Virus record (IMG/VR): IMGVR_UViG_3300009031_000221
Span: 320,001 to 384,000 of that record
DNA: 64,000 nt
Origin: a virus
Taxonomy: Duplodnaviria > Caudoviricetes
Direction: 5' to 3' (one strand)
Shown here: positions 52,184-60,655 of the stretch, in pieces
How positions within the stretch are numbered: the stretch's first letter is position 1
Layout: every line of letters begins with the position of its first letter
The notes under the pieces: generated by a model
The model's database searches: none
Told to the model about the DNA's origin: nothing
What the model saw: the letters and a program-made list of their open reading frames with translations, nothing else
Translations under genes and position numbers: made by a program

Positions 52184-52542
52184 TCGAGGTCGTTCACAAG
52201 TCTTTAGGGTCGTTGCTTGTCGCCCTTGCGGATTGCAAGGAGGCGGGAAGCGACACACATGCTAGGGTAAATGGACAAAGGGTAATTGGGTTTCTCGATA
52301 CCAAGACCCAAACATGGCACTATGCCGCTATCAATCACGTAATTACAAAGCGATGTTGGTTTGGCGGGTGTGTGGGTTCGGATCTCAATTGCATATGTGG
52401 TGCGGAGCGTAGCCCGCAGCCACAGGAACAAGTTCTTGCCCGATTGGGTTTGACCTTGGAATCCCTACGGGAAACACTCAAGACACCATTCACTCGCGGT
52501 GTCCTATTTGGAAAGGCAGGGAAAACACAACATGAAGCGTAA
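52180..52542 (+). CDS. hypothetical protein
   Basis: 120 aa; CWFGGC...CICG. Confidence 0.55.
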   Translation: MIEVVHKSLGSLLVALADCKEAGSDTHARVNGQRVIGFLDTKTQTWHYAAINHVITKRCWFGGCVGSDLNCICGAERSPQPQEQVLARLGLTLESLRETLKTPFTRGVLFGKAGKTQHEA

Positions 52543-52897
52543 AGAAATCGTATCTATGTTGAACGATATGTTTCCACATGAGACAAAGGCGTACCAAAAA
52601 ATCGTTGTCTATGTCGATATCGGCAAGAACAAACATGGGTTCTCACAGACTTACAGGCTGTGCTCTATCCAGGAGATGGGGGATAACTGTGTGCCTAGTG
52701 CGGAGAAGATCTGTGAATTCGATAAGGGCAGCTTTATGGTCTCCCATTCGTGGAAAGGAAGCGGCGGGCAATCGAAGGCAAAGACTCTTGGGGAAGTCGG
52801 AAGGATCGTAAAGGAACTCCGTGAACACTTTATGGCAGAGGTTAAAGCTGAGCCGGAGAAGTACGATGTAGTGAGGAATGGCGATGCAAACTCCTAA
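52532..52897 (+). CDS. hypothetical protein
   Basis: start refined to MKRKEI. Confidence 0.55.
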   Translation: MKRKEIVSMLNDMFPHETKAYQKIVVYVDIGKNKHGFSQTYRLCSIQEMGDNCVPSAEKICEFDKGSFMVSHSWKGSGGQSKAKTLGEVGRIVKELREHFMAEVKAEPEKYDVVRNGDANS

Positions 52898-53276
52898 TCG
52901 TATGTATGAATGGACTTCGATTGCCACACCTCCGAATACTGCTCGAGAGGTGTTGGCTTGGTATCTCGATAACAGGACTGATAATCAGGTGGGCTTTGTT
53001 CACATGATGCTTTACGCCAGTGGCAAGTGGTATCGGGACGGCAACATGTACATTGGTACAGAATGGCCCGAGCCTTCACATTGGCGTGACATCCCTGCCG
53101 GCCCCGGTGAAGAAACCCAGGACGAGATTGACCGTCGTGCGGTTATGGCGTGGCTGGATGGAGGGTGTGTAGGGGATCCACCTAGCCGGTGGCGCTATCT
53201 ATGTGCTACATGTGCGTGTGTTTCGAGGAAGAAGCAAGAATACAAGCCCGAACCCAGCCCCAAGTGGCGGCGCTAG
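52878..53276 (+). CDS. DUF551-like phage protein
   Basis: EWTSIATPP..REVLAW...PSHWRDIP. Confidence 0.55.
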   Translation: MAMQTPNRMYEWTSIATPPNTAREVLAWYLDNRTDNQVGFVHMMLYASGKWYRDGNMYIGTEWPEPSHWRDIPAGPGEETQDEIDRRAVMAWLDGGCVGDPPSRWRYLCATCACVSRKKQEYKPEPSPKWRR

Positions 53277-53689
53277 AACCAAAGGTTATAGAAATATTTG
53301 TGAAATAGGTCCATGCCCGCGTCTAGCGTCTTTCCCTTTTCACTATCATACTTGTCATGCCAGTAGTCATCGGAAGCGATGATTTGGAATGCTGCAATCA
53401 TTCCGTCTACGGCATCCGTAGTCCTTTTCTTCCCGTCTTCGAATTCAGAGAAGCATCCCCAAGTCAACCCACAGCTAATTTCCACACGGTAACGCTTCAA
53501 CCGGGGCAGGATGAACCGTGCGATGGTGGAATCCAGGCTATAGGTTTCATGGTCATGGATAGGCACGGTCTCGAACGGGTAGACGCCTCGATCCCCTACA
53601 GGTTCGCGACAGGGGACAATGTATTCGGGGAGGGCCTTGATCTTATTTCGAGACTTCACGGGCTTCTTCGGCGGGTCTTGGGACTTCAA
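53273..53689 (-). CDS. phage hypothetical protein
   Basis: YSLDSTIARFILPRLKRY...GMDLFHKYFYNLW. Confidence 0.6.
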   Translation of the reverse strand: MKSQDPPKKPVKSRNKIKALPEYIVPCREPVGDRGVYPFETVPIHDHETYSLDSTIARFILPRLKRYRVEISCGLTWGCFSEFEDGKKRTTDAVDGMIAAFQIIASDDYWHDKYDSEKGKTLDAGMDLFHKYFYNLWF

Positions 53690-53882
53690 CGAGTTTTCCT
53701 TTACGGTCTACGACCATGATGGTGGGGAGTCCTTCGGAGTTGTGCTTTGCAATCCGGCATGACCGACAGAAGTTGGGGGAACGAAACTTGGTCGCCGTAA
53801 ACAACCGGATGCCCTTATGGCAAATCGATTCCCGCTCCTCCGGAGGAAAGAAGTGCATTGTCTGATGAACACGAAGCCACAT
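53643..53882 (-). CDS. small Cys-containing hypothetical protein
   Basis: GAGGT RBS before MWLRVH; IC...FCRSC. Confidence 0.5.
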   Translation of the reverse strand: MWLRVHQTMHFFPPEERESICHKGIRLFTATKFRSPNFCRSCRIAKHNSEGLPTIMVVDRKGKLVEVPRPAEEAREVSK

Positions 53883-53889
53883 AGATACC

Positions 53890-54099
53890 TCACCAATGCG
53901 CTGGGGAATCATCATCGATGGCTGCCCGGATAGTACTCGTGATTACCTTGGTTTCCGCGGCATCCCCAATAGCACGGGCCATTGCCAAACGGGAATAGAT
54001 CTCCGCCATCTTGAGGTCATCGGGCCTGCTGTATCGGTCGTAACGCTGCAAGAGGTCACGTGCCCGGTCATTATCATTGATAATTGCAGTACATGCCAT
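53890..54099 (-). CDS. hypothetical protein
   Basis: 69 aa TAATG-coupled. Confidence 0.5.
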   Translation of the reverse strand: MACTAIINDNDRARDLLQRYDRYSRPDDLKMAEIYSRLAMARAIGDAAETKVITSTIRAAIDDDSPAHW

Positions 54100-54389
54100 T
54101 AGCTTTTCTCCTCTTCCGCCAATAGTTCACTCAACAACTTGGGAATGGCACCGTCCGCACAACGCCCGCACAGTTTCTTTGCGTTGGCCTTGATTTGTAC
54201 GTACAGGTCTTTCACAGCTTCCTCAGGGGTAGCCCCTGAGCCGTGAAGCCAAACGCCGTAAGGGTCACTCCTGGGAGAATTCACCTGAGGGCCATTAAGC
54301 TCCCATAGACCAGGGCGGCTCATATGAATCCGTGCCCCGTAGAGTTGCCTCAGTACTTCTAGTTGGAACTCCCACAATGCCGGCCTCAT
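54099..54389 (-). CDS. hypothetical protein
   Basis: 96 aa coupled. Confidence 0.55.
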   Translation of the reverse strand: MRPALWEFQLEVLRQLYGARIHMSRPGLWELNGPQVNSPRSDPYGVWLHGSGATPEEAVKDLYVQIKANAKKLCGRCADGAIPKLLSELLAEEEKS

Positions 54390-54871
54390 TGTTCATTATC
54401 CGGGATAGATGAATCATAGAAGGGATCGAGAGCGGAATTTCGGGGTGGGTTTGTACCCTTCTGTGTAGATGAATTCTTCTGTGTAGAAGAAGCGATAGTC
54501 GCACTGTACATCGTGATGGTATGCATGATGGGGCTGCTATCGCTGTAGTCCAGTTTCCCCAATTGAAGGGCACATATAGGCCCTTTCAATTCCCAGGTAA
54601 ACCCAACGATCATGGTAGGATCCAGGAACTTGATAGTCAGGTCGACGAAAGTCCCCCGATTCCGCAGGGACAGCAACTGTCCGATGAAGTCGTGATCGAC
54701 AGGCTGATAGACCTTCAGAACTGCCTTGATGCCGTTCGGGTCAGTGTGATCGAAATCGACCTCACGGACTAGGAATTGATCAATGCAAATCCTACCTTCT
54801 GCCTTCATTTCTGCCGTGAAACGATGTGCATTTGCGGGATTAAACAACAATGGGTTAACTTCTTCAGTCAT
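54386..54871 (-). CDS. T4 gp19-like tail tube-like protein (diverged)
   Basis: DLTIKFLDPT..VGFTWELKG...LGKLDYSDS.PIMHTIT matches recalled gp19 C-terminal pattern. Confidence 0.55.
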   Translation of the reverse strand: MTEEVNPLLFNPANAHRFTAEMKAEGRICIDQFLVREVDFDHTDPNGIKAVLKVYQPVDHDFIGQLLSLRNRGTFVDLTIKFLDPTMIVGFTWELKGPICALQLGKLDYSDSSPIMHTITMYSATIASSTQKNSSTQKGTNPPRNSALDPFYDSSIPDNEQ

Positions 54872-55181
54872 CTTGGGACTCCAGTGGATATACTCGTTCG
54901 TTGCCTCGCCACAAACCTAATGGCGGGTCAATCAGGGAAAAAACCTCACGTCCAGTCAATGCAATCGCGATCTCCTGAACAATACCCTGAATAACCTTGT
55001 TTGCGACCTCGACTTCAGCCTTCTCTTTCACGAGTTCTTCCGGCGTGAATGGATATGTTTGATGAAAGGGTTGTTGCAACCAGTTCAAGGTTGCAAGCGC
55101 AACACTCAATTGTTGGTGCAATGCTTGAACAGCAACAATAGTTTCTTCGCCTGCAATCATGTTCAGAGGCTTCTTTTCCAT
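54864..55181 (-). CDS. hypothetical protein
   Basis: 105 aa. Confidence 0.5.
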   Translation of the reverse strand: MEKKPLNMIAGEETIVAVQALHQQLSVALATLNWLQQPFHQTYPFTPEELVKEKAEVEVANKVIQGIVQEIAIALTGREVFSLIDPPLGLWRGNERVYPLESQDD

Positions 55182-55189
55182 GAATTCCC

Positions 55190-55528
55190 CTAGCCTGTAG
55201 GCATGTCCTTGCGTAATGACACTTCATGGTACGTCACACCGAGAAACTGCCGAATCTTGTCCCGTAGGATGCTTGCTATCATATCATCCATGTCCTCGAG
55301 ATTGGAACCTGGAGGCATGGTTACGGGGTGCGTATTGCAGTAATTCAATGCAAATTTCATCACGGTCATCGCCAAATCTGCCCCCGTGACGATTTCTTCC
55401 CATATGATGATCAGGTCTTTCGGGGAATCCGCAGCCTCCAATGTCATCTTGGCGGATGCAATCTCCTCCCGATAGATGGCAGTGACGCTAAATGGTTTGC
55501 CCTCGTGTAGATCATCCTCGGGATTCAT
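55190..55528 (-). CDS. hypothetical protein
   Basis: start refined to MNPEDD (ATGA). Confidence 0.55.
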   Translation of the reverse strand: MNPEDDLHEGKPFSVTAIYREEIASAKMTLEAADSPKDLIIIWEEIVTGADLAMTVMKFALNYCNTHPVTMPPGSNLEDMDDMIASILRDKIRQFLGVTYHEVSLRKDMPTG

Positions 55529-55851
55529 CCGGGTTCCTTTTCCTTGGTTTCCATGACGCTCCCAAGGGAGCAAGAAGCGCTACAGAATCCCGAACCCTTG
55601 AATGCCTGAATATCACACGCCTTCAGTTGGTACTCCGGGAGTATTTCTGTCGTCGATTGGAACGAATCTAGGACTCGGCGGGAACCGATACTAGGGTCAT
55701 TCCTCAGGGCACGTTCTGCGGCACTGGATGCCTGCAAGCACATGATCTTGCGGGTGAGATCGTCATCATTGTCCCCTGGGCTTTCCACATGAACCCGGAT
55801 TTCAATCTCGGTGGTCTGGCGGAGAATAACCTTGACAACGTGCGAAGTCAT
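55525..55851 (-). CDS. hypothetical protein
   Basis: start refined to MTSHVV. Confidence 0.5.
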   Translation of the reverse strand: MTSHVVKVILRQTTEIEIRVHVESPGDNDDDLTRKIMCLQASSAAERALRNDPSIGSRRVLDSFQSTTEILPEYQLKACDIQAFKGSGFCSASCSLGSVMETKEKEPG

Positions 55852-55870
55852 GCCGTTTCCTTGATTCACA

Positions 55871-55907
55871 AAGGGTATGGGCTAGCAGGCAACTAGCCCA
55901 TACCCTT
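55871..55907 (-). terminator. perfect 15-bp hairpin, likely terminator or RNA processing site
   Basis: aagggtatgggctag-caggcaa-ctagcccataccctt, 14 nt below stop of 55921..56448; short U-tract. Confidence 0.6.
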
Positions 55908-55920
55908 CGGCTGGATGGGA

Positions 55921-56448
55921 CTACGAAGCAGCCTTTGCTGCGTCAAGCAATCCACGCATGTACTTCGCGGCAGAAATGCCCTTGGCCTTTGCCGTGGCCT
56001 GCAGCCACTCATGAACGTCATCGGGCACGCTCAGCCACACGGGCTTACCCGGATCCTTGGGCGTACGGGGTGCCTTGGCAACCTTGGGTTCTTTCACTGC
56101 CTTGACCTTCACTGCCTTGGGTTCTTTCACGGGCTTGGCCACAACAGGATCTGCCTCAATCGTTTCCGTGACAGCCGCAAGCGTTTCGTGGCTATCCGCC
56201 AACTCGGGGTTCAACTCGGGGGTAATGACTTCAGGCAATGCCTGGACAGTGATCTCCGCGACCCTTTCAGCCGTGAAGTCCTTGGGCGTAATACCGTGAT
56301 TGCGAAGATGATCATTCAGGCGAGTGATCGCGATATCCTGGGCAAACCCACGGGATACCAACTTCTGGACGGCCTGTTCAAAGCCCTCCTGAGTTTGAAG
56401 TGCCTGGAGGCGTTCGGGATTAGCAGTGGTAGGGGTAGCGGTAGTCAT
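55921..56448 (-). CDS. DNA-binding protein: Lys/Ala/Pro repeats plus C-terminal RHH
   Basis: KPVKEPKAVKVKAVKEPKVAKAP; VWLSVPDDVHEWLQATAKAKGISAAKYMRGLL. Confidence 0.65.
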   Translation of the reverse strand: MTTATPTTANPERLQALQTQEGFEQAVQKLVSRGFAQDIAITRLNDHLRNHGITPKDFTAERVAEITVQALPEVITPELNPELADSHETLAAVTETIEADPVVAKPVKEPKAVKVKAVKEPKVAKAPRTPKDPGKPVWLSVPDDVHEWLQATAKAKGISAAKYMRGLLDAAKAAS

Positions 56449-56463
56449 GGTGGGTTCTCCGTA

Positions 56464-57024
56464 TTATTTGGTGTTCTTTTTCTTGGGCTTCTTGACGAGG
56501 GGCGGCGGTGGAGGTACTTCAGCGTCCTCCCACTTGAACGTCATGATGGCGTTCAATGCTTCCCCTGCCTTGTTGACGAGATCCCATGAGCCTTTCATGG
56601 ATTCCTTCTTGACTTGTTTGTCCTGTACATCTACCCAACCCAGGGCATTATTAGCTGACCAAAATGCTTCAGCCATCTCCCGCCACCGGGCACTCAGGAC
56701 TTTCAACCCCATCTTGTCACAATCCAAGATGTTATCGAGTGCTGCATTGAATGACGCCATCAAGTGGTAGTGGATGATTTCCTTGCGGAGAGGCTCTACT
56801 GCATCCCAACAGATTTTCGCATATAAAGTGGTATCATCATTGAGGAAATCGACTGCGACATCGATCGCTTCCATCATTCCCTGTGAACGTTCGACATGGA
56901 TCGGGCAAGGATACTTCTCACTCATAGCATCCTTGCGTTCCTGGTCATATCCCGTCCACAACCCTCGCAAGGTGTGGTATGCCGTTTCCTTGAACTGAGG
57001 GTCAATCTGATTCCAAGACCTCAT
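56464..57024 (-). CDS. hypothetical helical protein
   Basis: 186 aa; poly-Pro/Lys tail. Confidence 0.6.
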   Translation of the reverse strand: MRSWNQIDPQFKETAYHTLRGLWTGYDQERKDAMSEKYPCPIHVERSQGMMEAIDVAVDFLNDDTTLYAKICWDAVEPLRKEIIHYHLMASFNAALDNILDCDKMGLKVLSARWREMAEAFWSANNALGWVDVQDKQVKKESMKGSWDLVNKAGEALNAIMTFKWEDAEVPPPPPLVKKPKKKNTK

Positions 57025-58250
57025 TTTGTATCCTTTCCAAATCCGATGGAGTGTGCGTCATCGTTGTCAGAATCCAGGCAAGGGGCAACTCCCCGCTTGT
57101 CATCCTTGGCAGCCCGATAAACCTCTGCCAACGTCATGCCATAGGTAAATTCGCGACGATTCACAGGCTTTACATCCCCCAGTTCACGATCGTAGACCCG
57201 CTGGGCCTGCGCGGTAGGCAGATGCTTGAAGTCATATGCCCGGCAAAGGCGCCCGTCCCGTAGCAATGCCTTGTCGATGTCCTGCTTCTTCGCGTTAGAG
57301 GTCGTCAGCAACCGAATGTCAAGTGCCCGACCCTGAATACCATCCGCCAGATTGAGAATGGCGGAAATGGCAGGCAGGTTGTCCAGTTGGCGACTCACAA
57401 GGCACTGATCTGCATCCTCTACGATCAGAACCGTCGGGATGCGTTTACGGGAAGTTTTGGAACGGCTTGTTACGTCATCCTCATCGGGGAGAAGGACAGT
57501 CAACAAATCCGGTGCCGCTACTGCCGTGATGACAGCAGGGGGCAACAGAATATAACGGCAGTTGGGTTGTGCCGCGATGATGCCCTCGAGGAAGTACGTC
57601 TTTCCTGTCCCAGGCAATCCAGTCAGGATGGACAACCGTCCACAAGGATTCGGGGCGGCAAGATCTTCTACCAGGTGATCGAAGATATCCTGTGCCTCAG
57701 GGTGATAGTTGTCTGGAATCAGGGCAGTTCCGCCTTCCCCAATGTTCATCAGGCGAGGGCCGTGCGACCCATTGACAATGACGGAGATCTTTGCACTGCC
57801 CGTGTCCCCGTCAATGAGAGGATCCAGGACTTCAATGACCTTCTCGATAGCTCCCAAATCAATGGAACCAATGCGAACACAGATGGATCCATCGCTGTAG
57901 GTATCGTAGTGGATGTACCCTTTGTCCCATACACGAATGGAATCGCCTTCGGGCTCATCGTTGAATGAACTCGAATAGGTGCCCATGTTCGTGTAGGACT
58001 TACGAATGAGGGGGTGTTCCTGAACGATGGATTGCAAATGCGGGATAATGGTGCCAATAGCCGCCCACAGTTCCTCTGTGGTTACGTTCAGGAACCCTTC
58101 AATCCCATGCGTGTGATAGACCTCATGGTGCTGCAATGCCCAAGTGGACATGACGGTGCGGAAGAAGTTCGGCCCCAGGCCTTCCCCGTGCTGGAGGTCG
58201 GCGGAGAAACTCACACGGCTAACTGCTTCATGGAACGGCATATCAGGCAT
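57021..58250 (-). CDS. AAA+ ATPase
   Basis: Walker A GLPGTGKT, Walker B LIVEDAD, LNLADG, DKALLRDGR. Confidence 0.85.
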   Translation of the reverse strand: MPDMPFHEAVSRVSFSADLQHGEGLGPNFFRTVMSTWALQHHEVYHTHGIEGFLNVTTEELWAAIGTIIPHLQSIVQEHPLIRKSYTNMGTYSSSFNDEPEGDSIRVWDKGYIHYDTYSDGSICVRIGSIDLGAIEKVIEVLDPLIDGDTGSAKISVIVNGSHGPRLMNIGEGGTALIPDNYHPEAQDIFDHLVEDLAAPNPCGRLSILTGLPGTGKTYFLEGIIAAQPNCRYILLPPAVITAVAAPDLLTVLLPDEDDVTSRSKTSRKRIPTVLIVEDADQCLVSRQLDNLPAISAILNLADGIQGRALDIRLLTTSNAKKQDIDKALLRDGRLCRAYDFKHLPTAQAQRVYDRELGDVKPVNRREFTYGMTLAEVYRAAKDDKRGVAPCLDSDNDDAHSIGFGKDTK

Positions 58251-58253
58251 TCG

Positions 58254-59003
58254 TTACTTCCAATTTGGTGGGAACTGATGTACGTCTCGACGATGTAGAT
58301 ACCCCAATACCTCTTGAACCATACTGGTCAACAGGAATCTTTCCGGGTTAGCCTGCGGAGGCGCTGTCCGCCTGACATCAATATCCTGCCCTGCCATGAC
58401 GGGAAGGCTGAATCGCCACTTGAGGTCCCCGTCATATTCCCTCCGGCCTACCAGGAAGCCTTCCCCGGCGCATTGTAGGGGCAGGATCAAGTTATTGTTG
58501 CCGTGCCGCCACTCCGGGGCTACCCGAGGCTCAAGGATATCGACCACGGCATCCGCAATTTCATTGATGCCCATGCCACAAGGGAATAGAACCTTGGCAC
58601 CCTGGACTGCTAGCTCCATGGCGACCTTGAGCCCTCCCGGCATGATGTCCCGGTCATTGAAGATCGCCAGGAATACGTTGAGCCCTGTCTGGATCATCTC
58701 CATCTTGGTTGCTGCGACCCACCCTGCGATATCATTGGGGGACTCAATGAGGTACTCATCCAGGACTGCTGCCGTCGAAGCATCCTTCCAAGGGTTTTCC
58801 GTAACGGTAGACACCCACTTGACTGCAACAACCCCTTGAGCATTCTTGCTCACGATGATGCGGTTAGGAAAGAAGTCCAGGGCATTGACGGGGTACCCTG
58901 ACGCCGTAATGAATTTCCCCTCGGCGTTCAGGTGCCCCTTACTTGCATAGGGGAATGCTTGTACAAGGCTCTGAATGGTTTCGTCTTCTAGGTTGTAGAA
59001 CAT
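58254..59003 (-). CDS. hypothetical protein, possible distant NDxAGW-family member
   Basis: LIESPNDIAGWVAA. Confidence 0.6.
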   Translation of the reverse strand: MFYNLEDETIQSLVQAFPYASKGHLNAEGKFITASGYPVNALDFFPNRIIVSKNAQGVVAVKWVSTVTENPWKDASTAAVLDEYLIESPNDIAGWVAATKMEMIQTGLNVFLAIFNDRDIMPGGLKVAMELAVQGAKVLFPCGMGINEIADAVVDILEPRVAPEWRHGNNNLILPLQCAGEGFLVGRREYDGDLKWRFSLPVMAGQDIDVRRTAPPQANPERFLLTSMVQEVLGYLHRRDVHQFPPNWK

Positions 59004-59669
59004 CTAGCGTGCCTTCCACGCCTCATCAAGGCGTACAATTTCTTCTCTTACGATTTGAGCCAACATCTGGTCAAAGGCAATCATGTCCTTGTAGGGTTCC
59101 CATCGAGGGTCATCTTCAGGCCAAGGAGCCATTGCAAGGATGGGGCATACCCGCCAACCTAAGTCATCTACCAGGAACCGCTGAAGGTATTTCCAGTCTA
59201 CAGACCAATCAGGGATACCTTCAAGGTCTGAAGGTATCAGGATCGGATTTGGTTCGTGGTCATAGAGGTAGTATGGCACGGCTTTCATATAGCCCACAGG
59301 GTTGGATAACGCATTGAGTTGTTTACGCTTCCCTCCACGCAAGGCTAGCCATCGGCATATGCAATACATATAGCCGCGTTCCATAAAACATGTGGAGTAA
59401 TTGAATCCGATACGGAGATCCCCGTTCCCATAGCTCAGTTCCGCGTCCCCTACACGGAGGTAACTTGTAGGGTCATTCACTGTTGGATAGATCCAATTCT
59501 TCAAATTATCCCAGGGGCCACCCACGGGAATATCGTCCAATGCTTGGAAATGCTTGGACTTTAGCACGAATTGATGAAAAGGGCGCAAACCATTTGCGCC
59601 GCGAAGGAATTCGACGAACTCATCCCGGGCTTTGCGGGACTTCATAGGTGTAGATAGCGTGTAACCCAT
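59004..59669 (-). CDS. hypothetical protein
   Basis: 221 aa. Confidence 0.6.
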   Translation of the reverse strand: MGYTLSTPMKSRKARDEFVEFLRGANGLRPFHQFVLKSKHFQALDDIPVGGPWDNLKNWIYPTVNDPTSYLRVGDAELSYGNGDLRIGFNYSTCFMERGYMYCICRWLALRGGKRKQLNALSNPVGYMKAVPYYLYDHEPNPILIPSDLEGIPDWSVDWKYLQRFLVDDLGWRVCPILAMAPWPEDDPRWEPYKDMIAFDQMLAQIVREEIVRLDEAWKAR

Positions 59670-59670
59670 T

Positions 59671-60063
59671 CTAGACCCCAGGGTTTTCCCGAAGTGCCTT
59701 ATCCAGCCACGCGGATAACGACAAGGGGATCGTGATAGATGGGGATGCGGTATACCTATTAGGGAAGTCCTTCAGGTTATTGCACAACTCCTGAAGGTTG
59801 TAATAGGGGCGTGTCTCCCGATCCAGACTGATTTCCAACGTCCAATTCAATTCTTTGTGAACGGGTGATTCCCACATGCGCTTCAACAGGGGCAAGGCCT
59901 TGTGCTCCCGCTGTGCTTGGTTCCAAGCGGCATCCTTCTTTGCCCTGAGGGCATCGATGCTTTGTTCACACCAATCGTGAATGCGTTCCAAGGAGGGCTT
60001 GGTAGGAAGGCCTCGAGTGATCATAGGTTCCTGTGTAGGATGCGTAGACGGGGGGAACAACAT
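59671..60063 (-). CDS. hypothetical protein
   Basis: 130 aa. Confidence 0.5.
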   Translation of the reverse strand: MLFPPSTHPTQEPMITRGLPTKPSLERIHDWCEQSIDALRAKKDAAWNQAQREHKALPLLKRMWESPVHKELNWTLEISLDRETRPYYNLQELCNNLKDFPNRYTASPSITIPLSLSAWLDKALRENPGV

Positions 60064-60066
60064 GAA

Positions 60067-60384
60067 TTAGACCTCTACGGGGATGGTGTCAGTAGGCCCG
60101 CCGCACTTCGGGCATGTAAGATCTGCCTTGGGGTGTACAGCGGGATCGAGATTGTCATTCCAAGAGCAACGGGCATTCGAGTTGACGGCAACGGTGATAT
60201 GAACACATGCCCCACGCTGCTTGAAGTAGCGGCATGCACATGTCCATCCGTATTGAACACGCTGCCGGTTGAGTTCCGCACCGGACAAGTGTCCATACTG
60301 GACGGTATACTTCTCCCCGTCCTCATCTGGAATGATGGTTTGCCAATGGATGTTGGCATGGCATGTCCTAGCAATCTCAGCCAT
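60067..60384 (-). CDS. SWIM zinc finger protein
   Basis: start refined to MAEIAR; WTCACRYFKQRGACVH (CxC-xn-CxH); CPKCG. Confidence 0.7.
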   Translation of the reverse strand: MAEIARTCHANIHWQTIIPDEDGEKYTVQYGHLSGAELNRQRVQYGWTCACRYFKQRGACVHITVAVNSNARCSWNDNLDPAVHPKADLTCPKCGGPTDTIPVEV

Positions 60385-60607
60385 GTGGGGGTTCCTTGGG
60401 GAATACGCATCCGACTTGCTTGTAGATCCGCAGGCGCCGCAATGCGAACAGTGTCGCGGATAGCCCGATGATGACATATGCCATGTAGTTCGGGATGCCT
60501 AAGTTATGGGCCAGATCTGCACTGACCTGAAGGGCGAATCCCGTACCGAAACCTAGCAATGCTACGAACTTGAGATCCAGTGCCTGGATGATAGGTTTGA
60601 TGTTCAT
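60377..60607 (-). CDS. two-TM small membrane protein
   Basis: two hydrophobic helices, basic C-term. Confidence 0.55.
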   Translation of the reverse strand: MNIKPIIQALDLKFVALLGFGTGFALQVSADLAHNLGIPNYMAYVIIGLSATLFALRRLRIYKQVGCVFPKEPPHG

Positions 60608-60624
60608 GGCGCCCTCCATCTTGA

Positions 60625-60650
60625 TCTACGCGATCCAAGATAGAAGTAAG
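60625..60650 (-). promoter_or_regulatory. repeated bipartite promoter-like motif
   Basis: tctacgc-N11-gaagtaag; 18 nt above start 60607. Confidence 0.75.
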
Positions 60651-60655
60651 CCGTG

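Noticed and set aside
4355-60471. Long opposite-strand ORFs in the track (e.g. 4355..5137, 8837..9712, 13124..13828, 30059..30751, 45656..46336, 55915..56589, 59902..60471)
   Set aside because: They are antisense shadows of better-supported, coupled minus-strand genes and carry no recognisable motifs.
60377-60607. Holin call for the two-TM protein
   Set aside because: It is on the opposite strand from the endolysin, separated by nspC, and sits under the repeated motif; topology alone is insufficient.
11187-60650. Repeated motif as a CRISPR array or integron attC sites
   Set aside because: Copies are hundreds to thousands of bases apart with whole genes between them. They are not palindromic, lack attC R/L boxes, and no cas or integrase gene is in the window. 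Their position fits promoters.
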